Source of the DNA: Candidatus Arthromitus sp. SFB-mouse-Japan
GTDB lineage: Bacteria; Bacillota; Clostridia; Clostridiales; Clostridiaceae
Direction: 5' to 3'
Assembly (NCBI RefSeq): GCF_000270205.1
Contig: NC_015913.1
Location: forward strand, 1,530,329-1,562,328
DNA: 32,000 nt
Shown: piece after piece, positions 1 through 8,856 of the stretch
Layout of the letters: the number at the start of each line of letters is the position of its first letter
Position numbering within the stretch: position 1 is the first letter of the stretch
Program-made: the position numbers and the translations under genes
The notes under the pieces: generated by a model
What the model was told of the DNA's origin: nothing
What the model saw: only the letters and a program-made list of their open reading frames with translations
Databases searched by the model: none

Positions 1-652
1 AAATTATATCAGTATCTTTCATTTTAATATATATAAATAAATCCCTAATAAATATGTACATCATATCCGTTATTAAATCCAATTTATTTTTATATGCAAC
101 TAAACTATTAATATTTTCGCTGAAATTATTAAACTTAAACATTCTAAAATTAATTAATGAATTTATTAATAATTCATATATTTTTTCAGAATCTTCTCCA
201 CCATATATACGTCCAAAATTATTCTCGCTAGATTTTAAAATTGAATTGAAATTAATAACTATGCACCTAGATATTATTGTATCCAAAATTTTATTAATAT
301 CATTAAGAATCAATACTATAAATACATTTTTACTTTGATCTTCCAGTGTTTTTAAAATAGCATTCTGAGCTTCCACACTCATTCTCTCAGAATTACTTAT
401 TAAGACTACTTTATTTTTATGATAAATAGACTTTTTAATCACCTCAGATTTAATAAACCTAATATCATTTATAGTAATAGATTTAATGTTATTTCCCAAA
501 AATATTATACTGTCCATAATATTTGTTTTACTTCCAATAACCCTATATGCAAATTCCAAGGAAAATTTATTTATTAACTCTATATCATCACCAAAAAAAA
601 TATATGATTGTGATAATCCTAAGTTATTAAAAATTTCATCTAATATCTTCAT
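1..652 (-). CDS. holB: DNA polymerase III delta-prime subunit (HolB), 3' end beyond window
   Basis: Not in the ORF track because it has no in-window stop. Minus-strand ATG at 652-650, 5 nt after the tmk stop. My translation reads MKILDEIFNNLGLSQSYIFFGDD...SERMSVEAQNAILKTLEDQSKNVFIVLILNDINKILDTIISRC, which carries the clamp-loader delta-prime box ending in SRC. The frame stays open to position 1. Confidence 0.8.
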   Translation of the reverse strand, partial: MKILDEIFNNLGLSQSYIFFGDDIELINKFSLEFAYRVIGSKTNIMDSIIFLGNNIKSITINDIRFIKSEVIKKSIYHKNKVVLISNSERMSVEAQNAILKTLEDQSKNVFIVLILNDINKILDTIISRCIVINFNSILKSSENNFGRIYGGEDSEKIYELLINSLINFRMFKFNNFSENINSLVAYKNKLDLITDMMYIFIRDLFIYIKMKDTDII

Positions 653-657
653 AATAT

Positions 658-1305
658 TCAGCCTTTATATCCAATTTTATTCAGAATCTTACTGTATATC
701 TTTTCATTTATACTTTGTATTGAAAATAAACTTTTCCCATCATCACATTCTATATTAATAAAATCATACATACTACATACATACTGAGCAGTTTTATAAC
801 ACTTAATTATAAAATCATAATCTTTCTCATAGATATCTTTATTATTTCTCTTCTTTATCATATCTAAATTTATATCCAATGATAAATTCATAAAAAACGT
901 CATATTTTCTTTAGGTAAACCACATATATCATATTCAAATTCTAACACCCATTTAAAAAACTTGTCTCTATCATCTTCATTATCTATAAGACTTCCTTGA
1001 TATATTAAGTTTGAATATATATATCTATCACATAATATAAAATACCCTTCATCTATGTATCCACTCATTTCCCTCTTATATACCCCAAATCTATCTAATC
1101 CAAAAAATGTAGAAATTAAATATGGATTCAAATTATTCCCAAAATCACCATTTAAATACTCTTTAACAAACAAAGAATACTTATTACAATAATTTGGAAA
1201 TTCTATTCTTATAGTTTTTAATCCTATATCATTTAATCTCTTCTCTATTAATTTTGTTTGGGTCTCTTTACCACTACCATCTAATCCCTCGAACACTATT
1301 ATCAT
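658..1305 (-). CDS. tmk: Thymidylate (dTMP) kinase
   Basis: N-terminal P-loop FEGLDGSGKETQ and typical length (215 aa). ATGA start/stop overlap with the upstream decarboxylase at 1302-1305. Confidence 0.95.
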   Translation of the reverse strand: MIIVFEGLDGSGKETQTKLIEKRLNDIGLKTIRIEFPNYCNKYSLFVKEYLNGDFGNNLNPYLISTFFGLDRFGVYKREMSGYIDEGYFILCDRYIYSNLIYQGSLIDNEDDRDKFFKWVLEFEYDICGLPKENMTFFMNLSLDINLDMIKKRNNKDIYEKDYDFIIKCYKTAQYVCSMYDFINIECDDGKSLFSIQSINEKIYSKILNKIGYKG

Positions 1306-2756
1306 TGCTTAATATTCTCCTCTAATACTTTTAAATATTTCCCATCAAATACACCATTTACTCTACAGTTTAATTTTAAATACTCAAAAATAACTTCCAT
1401 ATGTTTACTTTCTATATATTCACCTCTTACAATTATAGGAGTACCTGGGGGATATAAAAATATATCATTAAATGCTACCTTTCCAACACATTTTTCTATT
1501 TCTAAAAATTCATAAGGTTTATGTAGTATTTCATAAGGCTCAAATACCTTTATGATATCTAAATCATAAATCTTAGGAAATATTTCAAATATATTATTTA
1601 TATACTCATTTCCCTTAAACTCATTGATACTATAATATAATTTTTGAAAATCATTCTTTTTACTACAATAAGTTGGTATTAATACAATACCATTAAAATA
1701 CGTCATCTCACACACAATCTTTTTCTTTAATAGATAATTGTATAAATCGTTAGAAGACATATTCCCATATTTAAACTTTAAACATAATCTTGAATCATCA
1801 TACAGAAAATTACTATTACTTCTATTAATTATACAATTATTATCTATTCCTATTATCTCACAATCCACTAATAATTCTCTAAAATTATCACACTCATCGA
1901 CATAACTATATCCTATATTTTTATATTTTACACAATCATCTAAACCTTTTTCTAAAGACATTAATATAAGATATGATGGACTAGTAGTGGTAAATATACA
2001 AAAATATTCATCTACCTTACTTATTAGATCACTCTTATTAACATGCAAATACGCTCCCTGTGTAAGAGATGCAAGAGTCTTGTGTGCACTCATAACACTA
2101 ATATCACAAAATTTGTTTACACAATCAATCTTTTTATTAAAAGCCTTTATATGTGCACCATGTGCACCATCTATCAATAGTAAAATATTTCTCTTTTTTA
2201 AATAAGAATAAATTCCTTTTTGATCCACATATATCCCATAATAATTTGGATTTGTTAAAACAACACCTCTTACATTCTTATTATTTTCAATGATATTAAC
2301 TATATCACTAAAAATAATATCCTTCTCATTATAATCTATAAATGAGAATTTGTCTGGCATTAATAAATCTACGTTATATTTATCTCTATTTACATATAAA
2401 ACTTTAAGCTTTCTTAAAATAAGAGCATTTATAACGCTTTTATGACATCCTCGTTCAACTAAAATCGTATCTCCTTCATCAAAACAGCTAAAAAACATAA
2501 TATGTATTCCACTTGTTGACCCATTTACTAAATAATAAGATTTCTTACTCTCATAAAATTTACTCAAATTATTTAACGAATCATTTATACATTCATATGG
2601 ATTATGCAGATTATCAAGCCCCTCAATCTCCGTTAAATCATATTTAAATAAATTTTCTGTGTAATTATATCCATTCCCTTGTTTATGTCCAGGTGTAGTA
2701 AAAAATGAATATTCTTCACCCAAATATCTTTCTATAGATTTAATTAGTTCTCCCAC
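1302..2756 (-). CDS. PLP-dependent Orn/Lys/Arg decarboxylase family protein (YaaO-like position upstream of tmk)
   Basis: N-terminal TTPGHKQG motif and the PLP-lysine motif SAHKTL. GTG start at 2756 preceded by AGGAGA. B. subtilis yaaO has the same position next to tmk. Confidence 0.85.
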   Translation of the reverse strand: MGELIKSIERYLGEEYSFFTTPGHKQGNGYNYTENLFKYDLTEIEGLDNLHNPYECINDSLNNLSKFYESKKSYYLVNGSTSGIHIMFFSCFDEGDTILVERGCHKSVINALILRKLKVLYVNRDKYNVDLLMPDKFSFIDYNEKDIIFSDIVNIIENNKNVRGVVLTNPNYYGIYVDQKGIYSYLKKRNILLLIDGAHGAHIKAFNKKIDCVNKFCDISVMSAHKTLASLTQGAYLHVNKSDLISKVDEYFCIFTTTSPSYLILMSLEKGLDDCVKYKNIGYSYVDECDNFRELLVDCEIIGIDNNCIINRSNSNFLYDDSRLCLKFKYGNMSSNDLYNYLLKKKIVCEMTYFNGIVLIPTYCSKKNDFQKLYYSINEFKGNEYINNIFEIFPKIYDLDIIKVFEPYEILHKPYEFLEIEKCVGKVAFNDIFLYPPGTPIIVRGEYIESKHMEVIFEYLKLNCRVNGVFDGKYLKVLEENIKQ

Positions 2757-2835
2757 ATAATTCTCCTATTTTAAAAATTATTATTATTTGATATACTTCT
2801 ATATATCTTAAATTTTTTATTCTAGGGGATTTTAA

Positions 2836-3768
2836 ATGATTTGTATATATAAAACTTCAAACAATATTCTTGAAAGAATCGATAATATTGAATCTGGTTG
2901 CTGGATAAATATCGTTCAACCATCCGAACAAGAACTTCTATTCATATCAAAAAAAACAGATATATCTCTTGATCTCTTAAACGCAGCACTTGATGAAGAA
3001 GAAACTTCAAGGATAGATGTTGAGCTATCAAATATTTTAATAATAGTAGATGTACCATTTACTAGCATAGAAGAAAATTCATTAACATATGGTACATATC
3101 CTCTAGGCATAATTTCAAACGATAATTACATAGTCACTATATCTATTAAAAAAAATAAGGTTATATCTGATTTCATAGATGGTAAAATTAAGAATTTTTA
3201 CACAAATAAGCGCCCTAGATTCACACTTCAAATATTAAATAAAATAACAACTTATTTCCTCCTCTATCTAAGACAAATTGATAAGAAAAGCCAACTTATT
3301 CATAACAAAATACATAAATCAATGAAAAACAAAGAACTCATACAATTATTATCATTAGAAAAATCTCTTGTATATTTTTCAACATCTCTAAAATCTAATG
3401 AAATGACCTTAGAAAAATTGCTTAAATACGATTTTATACAGAAATATGAAGAGGATAAACACCTACTCGAAGATGTTATTATTGATAACAAACAAGCCAT
3501 TGAAATGGCTCATATATATGCAAGTGTCCTATCAAGTCTTCTTGAATTCTTCGCTGCACTTATATCTAACAATTTAAATATGGTTATGAAATTTCTTGCT
3601 TCTATGACTATAGTTATATCAGTTCCATCTATAATTTTTACCATGTGGGGATCAAATGTACCCCTCCCTTTTGCAAACAATCCATTTGGATTCTTAATAC
3701 TTTTACTTATAGCTCTACTATTATCTTCAATAATTGCCATTATTCTCTATAAAAAAGGCATGTTTTAG
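2836..3768 (+). CDS. CorA-family divalent cation transporter-like protein with non-canonical GSN motif
   Basis: 310 aa with a cytoplasmic N-domain and two C-terminal TM helices. The CorA signature position reads FTMWGSNVPLPF, where the family has YGMN(F/V). AGGGGA Shine-Dalgarno lies upstream of the ATG. Confidence 0.75.
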   Translation: MICIYKTSNNILERIDNIESGCWINIVQPSEQELLFISKKTDISLDLLNAALDEEETSRIDVELSNILIIVDVPFTSIEENSLTYGTYPLGIISNDNYIVTISIKKNKVISDFIDGKIKNFYTNKRPRFTLQILNKITTYFLLYLRQIDKKSQLIHNKIHKSMKNKELIQLLSLEKSLVYFSTSLKSNEMTLEKLLKYDFIQKYEEDKHLLEDVIIDNKQAIEMAHIYASVLSSLLEFFAALISNNLNMVMKFLASMTIVISVPSIIFTMWGSNVPLPFANNPFGFLILLLIALLLSSIIAIILYKKGMF

Positions 3769-3821
3769 TATTTAATTAAATATATCTATTAATAAATTTC
3801 AGTTTTAAATTGGAGGTTATA

Positions 3822-4742
3822 ATGGCTATTCCCTGCAAAAAATTAATTTTCGGAGATAAAATATCTGTTATCTCTCCTTCCTCTCCATCTTCGAAAGAAA
3901 CCATCAAAAATGCTCTTAATTTACTTAAATCTCTTAATTTCGATTACAAAATATATGATCATCTATACGATGATATTGGATACCTAGCAGGACTCGATAT
4001 CCATAGAGCTAAAGACTTCAATAATGCATTAAAAGACAAAGAAACTAACGCAATAATATGTTTAAGAGGGGGATATGGAACCCTTCGTATTATGGATCTC
4101 ATAGAATGGTCATTATATAAAAAAAATCCCAAGATATTCATGGGATTTAGCGATATCACACCAATTTTAAATTATATATTTAAAAAATTCAATATAATTA
4201 CATTTCACTCACCTATGTTAACATCAAATCTAATGGATGAACACTCTAGAGATAGTTTAATAAACTCTATTACAATTCAAAAAAGCAATTACTTTATCAA
4301 AAATCCAGAAAATATATCTCTTAAATCCTTCCCTTCTAACAAAAATATAGTCACAGGAAACATAATAGGTGGGAACTTATCACTCATATGTTCTACAATA
4401 TCAACAAAATATGAAATACCGTTTAAAAATAATATTCTGTTTATTGAAGAAATAAATGAATCTCCTTATAAAGTGGATAGAATGTTATCCCATCTCTATT
4501 TAAGCGGTAAAATTCAAAAGTGTTCAGGAATAATATTGGGTCAGTTCACAGATTGTAAAGATGACAATGGTGTAAACATAGAAGATCTTCTTCTGGAAAA
4601 ATTACGTTTATTTAAAAAACCTTGCATATACAACCTATGTGCAGGACATGGTTCTCCAAGACTCACTATACCAATAGGAGCCCGTGCAAGAATTAATACT
4701 AATAATTCAACTATTGAAATACTAAAAAGTGTAGTAATATAA
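3822..4742 (+). CDS. ldcA: LD-carboxypeptidase (peptidase S66, muramoyltetrapeptide carboxypeptidase family)
   Basis: Nucleophile motif GFSDITP, EE in FIEEINE and a C-terminal AGHG histidine fit the Ser-Glu-His S66 pattern. The ORF-track TTG at 3810 lies inside the GGAGG SD, so ATG 3822 is the likely start. Confidence 0.75.
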   Translation: MAIPCKKLIFGDKISVISPSSPSSKETIKNALNLLKSLNFDYKIYDHLYDDIGYLAGLDIHRAKDFNNALKDKETNAIICLRGGYGTLRIMDLIEWSLYKKNPKIFMGFSDITPILNYIFKKFNIITFHSPMLTSNLMDEHSRDSLINSITIQKSNYFIKNPENISLKSFPSNKNIVTGNIIGGNLSLICSTISTKYEIPFKNNILFIEEINESPYKVDRMLSHLYLSGKIQKCSGIILGQFTDCKDDNGVNIEDLLLEKLRLFKKPCIYNLCAGHGSPRLTIPIGARARINTNNSTIEILKSVVI

Positions 4743-4759
4743 AACACATTAAAATTAAA

Positions 4760-4786
4760 GTAGATATTTAAAATATCTACTTTTTT
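4760..4786 (+). terminator. Rho-independent terminator after the LD-carboxypeptidase gene
   Basis: GTAGATATTT / AAATATCTAC inverted repeat followed by TTTTTT (4781-4786). Confidence 0.65.
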
Positions 4787-4853
4787 ATATACCCATTTAA
4801 ATAATTTTATAATATAATATCGTTATCTCTTGCATTATTTTGTCGGAGGATAT

Positions 4854-6245
4854 ATGAGACAGGATTTTAAAGACTTTAAAACTAATATTAAAAACAAACA
4901 CGTTGCAATCGTTGGATTAGGTATAAGTAATATTCCATTAATAAATTTTTTATCTAAATTAGGTTGCAAAATCACTCTATTTGATAGGAAAGATATTGAA
5001 AATTTTTCGAATTTGGAAATAAAATCATTCAATAAACTAAACATTAAATTTGTATTTGGAAAAAATTATCTAAATTACATTAATAATTTCGATTATATAT
5101 TTAAGACTCCTTCTATTAGGTCTGATATTTTAGAGTTCGAAAATGCTAAAAAAAACGGTTCTATAATAACCTCCGAAATAGAAGAACTCCTTAGGTATTG
5201 TCCATCAAAAATATATGGTGTGACAGGAAGTGATGGAAAAACTACCACTACTAGTATTTTATATAACTTATTAAAAAACTCAGGATATAAAACATGGGTT
5301 GGAGGTAATATAGGATTCCCTTTATTTAGCAAAATTGAAGAAATGAGAGAAGATGATAAAGTTGTCTTAGAACTATCTAGTTTTCAACTTATGAACATAA
5401 ATATATCTCCTGATGTATCTATAATAACAAATATATCTCCTAATCATTTGGATTATCATAAGGACATGAATGAATATATCGATTGTAAGAAAAACATATT
5501 TAGATTTCAAGATGATAATAGCATTACAATATTAAATAGAGATTGTTCTATTACTAATTCCTTTGATAAAGAATTAAATGGAAGATCTAGAAAGTTTTCT
5601 ATTAATCATTTCGATGATAAAGAAGTTATAAAAAATGGTTCATATTTAAAAAATGATGAGCTCTATGTATTAAACCAAAGAATACTTCACAAAAATGATC
5701 TAAAAATTAAAGGTGATCACAATATGTTAAACTTTGCAGCTGCAATACTTGCAACAATACCTGATATATCTTACTCTACAATTAAAAATTTTGCTAAAGA
5801 ATTCAGTGGGGTAAAACATAGAAATGAATTTGTCGATACAATAAATAACATACATTTTTATAATGATTCCATAGCCTCAACTCCTACACGTACTCTTGCT
5901 ACCTTATCGTGTTTTGATCAAAAAGTCATTCTAATTGCCGGAGGATATGATAAAAACATTTCCTATGTTCCGTTATTAAATGGTTATGATAAGATTAAAA
6001 AACTCTACCTAATAGGCGCAACTAAACAAAAAATATACGATGTATTTAAAAAATACTCTTCTGATATAGAAATAATCATATTTAATGATTTTAATGAACT
6101 CGTTTCACATGCATATAAAAATGCATGTGAAAATGATGTTATACTTCTATCACCAGCTTCGGCAAGCTTTGATATGTTCAAAAATTTTGAAGAACGAGGA
6201 GATAAATTTAAAGAAATCATCCAAAAAATAAAAGCTAGTAAATAA
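4854..6245 (+). CDS. murD: UDP-N-acetylmuramoyl-L-alanine--D-glutamate ligase
   Basis: N-terminal VAIVGLGISNIP Rossmann-like motif, Mur ligase P-loop GVTGSDGKTTTT, and C-terminal SPASASFDMFKNFEERG. The ORF-track TTG 4830 precedes a GGAGGA SD, so ATG 4854 is the likely start. Confidence 0.85.
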   Translation: MRQDFKDFKTNIKNKHVAIVGLGISNIPLINFLSKLGCKITLFDRKDIENFSNLEIKSFNKLNIKFVFGKNYLNYINNFDYIFKTPSIRSDILEFENAKKNGSIITSEIEELLRYCPSKIYGVTGSDGKTTTTSILYNLLKNSGYKTWVGGNIGFPLFSKIEEMREDDKVVLELSSFQLMNINISPDVSIITNISPNHLDYHKDMNEYIDCKKNIFRFQDDNSITILNRDCSITNSFDKELNGRSRKFSINHFDDKEVIKNGSYLKNDELYVLNQRILHKNDLKIKGDHNMLNFAAAILATIPDISYSTIKNFAKEFSGVKHRNEFVDTINNIHFYNDSIASTPTRTLATLSCFDQKVILIAGGYDKNISYVPLLNGYDKIKKLYLIGATKQKIYDVFKKYSSDIEIIIFNDFNELVSHAYKNACENDVILLSPASASFDMFKNFEERGDKFKEIIQKIKASK

Positions 6246-6260
6246 AAATTTACTAGCTTT
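6231..6260. terminator. Bidirectional terminator between convergent murD and glyQS
   Basis: Perfect 13-bp inverted repeat AAAGCTAGTAAAT / ATTTACTAGCTTT with a 4-nt loop. It overlaps the murD stop and has T-rich flanks on both strands. Confidence 0.7.
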
Positions 6261-6262
6261 TA

Positions 6263-7648
6263 TTAAAATTCAAATTTAAGATTAAAATATTCATCCAAAC
6301 AATCTATATTAATCCTAACTTGATCCATTGTATCTCTATCTCTAATGGTTACACTATTATCTTCAAGCGAATCAAAATCAATAGTTACACAATAAGGAGT
6401 TCCTATCTCATCTTGTCTTCTATATCTCTTACCTATAGCTCCTGATTCATCATACTCACAATTATATTTTTTACTCAATTTTTCGTAAACTATCATAGCT
6501 TTATCAGATAATTTTTTTGATAAAGGTAATACACCAATTTTTACAGGAGCTATAGCTGGGTGAAATCTCAAAACTGTACGAATATCACCATCTTTTATAT
6601 ATTCCTCATCATATGCACTACACATTACGCTCAAAAGAAGTCTATCAACTCCAAGAGATGGCTCTATACAATAAGGAATATATTTTTCATTTAATTCTTG
6701 GTCAAAATATGTAAGATCCTCCGATGAATGATTCATATGTGCTTTTAAATCGTAATCCGTTCTATCAGCAATTCCCCATAACTCACCAAATCCAAAAGGA
6801 AATTTAAACTCAATATCAGTTGTAGCATTTGAATAAAATGAAAGCTCTTCCCTAGAATGATCCCTAATTCTCAATTCTTCTTCCTTTATTCCAAGATCTC
6901 TTAAAAATTTTAAACAATACTCTCTCCAATATTCAAACCAATTTAAATCCTCACCAGGTTTACAAAAAAACTCAAGCTCCATTTGTTCAAATTCTCTAGT
7001 TCTAAATATAAAATTCCCTGGAGTTATCTCATTTCTAAAACTCTTACCAATTTGAGCTATTCCAAAAGGAAGCTTTTTTCTTGAACTTCTGAGTACATTT
7101 TTAAAATTAACAAATATCCCTTGAGCAGTCTCAGGTCTTAAATAAATTTCAGCCTTATTATCCTCAGTAACACCTTGAAATGTCTTAAACATCAAATTAA
7201 AACTTCTTATATCCGTATAGTTCTTCTCCCCACACTTAGGACAAACTATATTTTCATCATCTATAATTTTCTTTAACTCTTCTTTAGAATAACCATCAAT
7301 TCCAAGAATCTCACGTCCACTGTCTATAAAATAATCATCTATTAATTTATCTGCCCTAAATCTACTCTTACATTCCTTACAATCCATAAGAGGATCAGAA
7401 AATCCACCAATATGACCAGATGCTATCCAAACCTCTTTATTCATTAAAATAGCAGAATCAAGCCCAACATTATATTGACTTTCATATACAAATCTTTTCC
7501 ACCAAGCCTTCTTTAAATTATTCTTAATTTCAACTCCTAACGGACCATAATCCCAAGAATTTGCAAGTCCACCATATATCTCAGATCCCTGAAATATAAA
7601 TCCCCTGTTTTTACATAATGATAGAATTTTTTCCATTGAAACGTCCAT
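6263..7648 (-). CDS. glyQS: Glycine--tRNA ligase (single-chain class II GlyQS type)
   Basis: [34 protein letters not shown] and class II motifs throughout. The ORF-track TTG 7660 lies in the GGAGG SD, so ATG 7648 is taken as the start. Confidence 0.95.
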   Translation of the reverse strand: MDVSMEKILSLCKNRGFIFQGSEIYGGLANSWDYGPLGVEIKNNLKKAWWKRFVYESQYNVGLDSAILMNKEVWIASGHIGGFSDPLMDCKECKSRFRADKLIDDYFIDSGREILGIDGYSKEELKKIIDDENIVCPKCGEKNYTDIRSFNLMFKTFQGVTEDNKAEIYLRPETAQGIFVNFKNVLRSSRKKLPFGIAQIGKSFRNEITPGNFIFRTREFEQMELEFFCKPGEDLNWFEYWREYCLKFLRDLGIKEEELRIRDHSREELSFYSNATTDIEFKFPFGFGELWGIADRTDYDLKAHMNHSSEDLTYFDQELNEKYIPYCIEPSLGVDRLLLSVMCSAYDEEYIKDGDIRTVLRFHPAIAPVKIGVLPLSKKLSDKAMIVYEKLSKKYNCEYDESGAIGKRYRRQDEIGTPYCVTIDFDSLEDNSVTIRDRDTMDQVRINIDCLDEYFNLKFEF

Positions 7649-7677
7649 AATTTCCTCCAATAATAAGCATTCCCTTT

Positions 7678-7686
7678 ATTATAACA
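7678..7686 (-). promoter_or_regulatory. Candidate extended -10 promoter element for glyQS
   Basis: Minus strand reads TGTTATAAT (TGnTATAAT form) about 30 nt upstream of the glyQS ATG. The -35 position is only TTTTTT. Confidence 0.4.
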
Positions 7687-7692
7687 AAAATA

Positions 7693-7720
7693 TATAAATT
7701 AAAAAATATAAATTAAAAAA
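7693..7720. repeat. Perfect 14-bp tandem direct repeat x2 (TATAAATTAAAAAA)
   Basis: 7693-7706 and 7707-7720 are identical, with partial copies on both sides. It forms phased A-tracts just upstream of the candidate glyQS promoter. Confidence 0.8.
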
Positions 7721-7739
7721 TATGCACTTAAACCATTAT

Positions 7740-8834
7740 CTATAATTCTATATCCTTATCTCTGCTTATAGATAGATCATACAAATTATCTTTAAACATT
7801 TCATGTATAGTGGTTCTTATAGCTCTTGCTCCTAATGGATGATTCAAACATTTATCTACAATATTTTTGATTACTTCTTTTTTTATTTTTATAGATTTCC
7901 CCATCAAACTAAAATAATTTATAACTTCTCGTTCAAGCTCTATTTCTGTTATAGCTATTAAATTCTCTTTAGTTAACGCATTTAGACAAACAATTAAAGG
8001 AAATCTTCCTATAAATTCACTAAGTATTCCATAATTAATAACATCCTCAAGTTTAACATAACGTCTTAAGTCATCTACTTCTAAATTATAATTGTAATTG
8101 CTATTTTCTTTAAAACCAAATATTTTTTTAAAACTTCTCTCTCTAACATACCTCTCAATTCCTGTAAATGCACCTCCACCTATGAAAAGGATATTTTTTG
8201 TATCAACCTCTATAGTTTCATTATCATCAGTTTGTATTCTAACTATTGTTCCTTCAAGCATCTTAAGAAGATTTTGCTGAACACCTTCTCCAGATACATC
8301 CTTAGCCTCTCCATTTTGTCCGCTTTTTGAAATCTTATCTATCTCATCTATAAACACAATTCCATACTCCGCAATCTTAACATCACCATTAGCCTCTTTA
8401 AGTAAATTTTTTATAATATCATATACATTTAATCCAACATATCCAACCTGAGTGTACGCAGTAATATCAACCTCAACAAATGGAAGCTTGACTATCTCAG
8501 ATAAACTTTTAATAAGAAGAGTCTTACCACTACCACTGGGTCCGATAAGCATAATATTTCCTTTGTTTAAATTTAATATATTAGAATTTTTAATCCTAAG
8601 TATATGTCTATACATCTCAAAAGACAATACCTTCTTTGCATAATCCTGTCCTATAACTTTTTTATCAAGCTCTCTTTTTATTTCATTTGGGTATATTATG
8701 TCTATCTGTACCTCAGACAACTCACTAAAAAATAATACCTCACAATCCTTACAAAGAACTAAATCATTATTATTAGAATCATTTCTCACAACATATGTTT
8801 CAGTTTCCTTAAGACAACACATGCACTTTCTCAT
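7740..8834 (-). CDS. ClpX-family AAA+ ATPase, compact divergent paralog
   Basis: N-terminal C-x2-C...C-x2-C zinc ribbon (CMCC...CKDC). Walker A is GPSGSGKT, the pore-1 loop is GYVG, and Walker B is VFIDEIDK. Also present are DVSGEGVQQNLLKMLEG, the Arg-finger region SEFIGRFP and sensor-2 GARAIR. It is 364 aa, shorter than typical ClpX. Confidence 0.8.
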   Translation of the reverse strand: MRKCMCCLKETETYVVRNDSNNNDLVLCKDCEVLFFSELSEVQIDIIYPNEIKRELDKKVIGQDYAKKVLSFEMYRHILRIKNSNILNLNKGNIMLIGPSGSGKTLLIKSLSEIVKLPFVEVDITAYTQVGYVGLNVYDIIKNLLKEANGDVKIAEYGIVFIDEIDKISKSGQNGEAKDVSGEGVQQNLLKMLEGTIVRIQTDDNETIEVDTKNILFIGGGAFTGIERYVRERSFKKIFGFKENSNYNYNLEVDDLRRYVKLEDVINYGILSEFIGRFPLIVCLNALTKENLIAITEIELEREVINYFSLMGKSIKIKKEVIKNIVDKCLNHPLGARAIRTTIHEMFKDNLYDLSISRDKDIEL

Positions 8835-8836
8835 AC

Positions 8837-8856
8837 CTATATACCCCTATATACCC
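8837..8856. repeat. Tandem 10-bp duplication (CTATATACCC x2) covering the SD region of the ClpX-like gene
   Basis: Minus strand reads AAGGGGTATATAGGGGTATATAGGT-ATG, giving two AGGGG SD-like motifs. Confidence 0.7.

Noticed and set aside
1-652. HolB N-terminus lacks any GxxGxGK P-loop (reads YIFFGDDIELINKFSLEF)
   Set aside because: Delta-prime subunits are known to have degenerate or non-functional nucleotide-binding sites, so this is not anomalous on its own.
54-758. Plus-strand ORFs 54-338 and 486-758 from the ORF track
   Set aside because: Both are low-complexity Ile/Leu/Asn/Lys-rich translations lying antisense to a clear holB reading frame (and to the tmk 3' end). Neither has an SD or a family motif.
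3769-3800. AT-only palindrome TATTTAATTAAATA after the corA-like stop, considered as a terminator
   Set aside because: It is purely A/T, very short, and has no following T-tract. This is expected by chance in such AT-rich DNA.
3810-3821. N-terminal extensions in the ORF track (MEVIM..., MEEIM..., MHYFVGGYM..., MMFRSWSLM..., [18 protein letters not shown]..., MHIWRNFM..., MYYHLLFGGFM..., MYNELTTQSKEDIGL...)
   Set aside because: In each case the proposed TTG/GTG/ATG lies within or upstream of a GGAGG-type Shine-Dalgarno that is correctly spaced for the next in-frame ATG (TTG for hup). The family-typical N-terminus also begins at that downstream codon.
5862-5882. MurD motif reads NDSIASTP where E. 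coli, B. subtilis and S. aureus MurD have NDSKATN (loss of the Lys that contacts D-Glu)
   Set aside because: From memory, the NDSIAS(S/T)PTRT variant is the usual form in Clostridium-type MurD proteins. It is probably lineage-typical rather than novel. It would be worth a quick alignment, but I cannot support it as unusual.
7649-7739. T-box riboswitch upstream of glyQS; also considered for lysS
   Set aside because: The spacers are too short: 91 nt for glyQS and 22 nt between greA and lysS. I could not find a specifier-loop, T-box or antiterminator arrangement.
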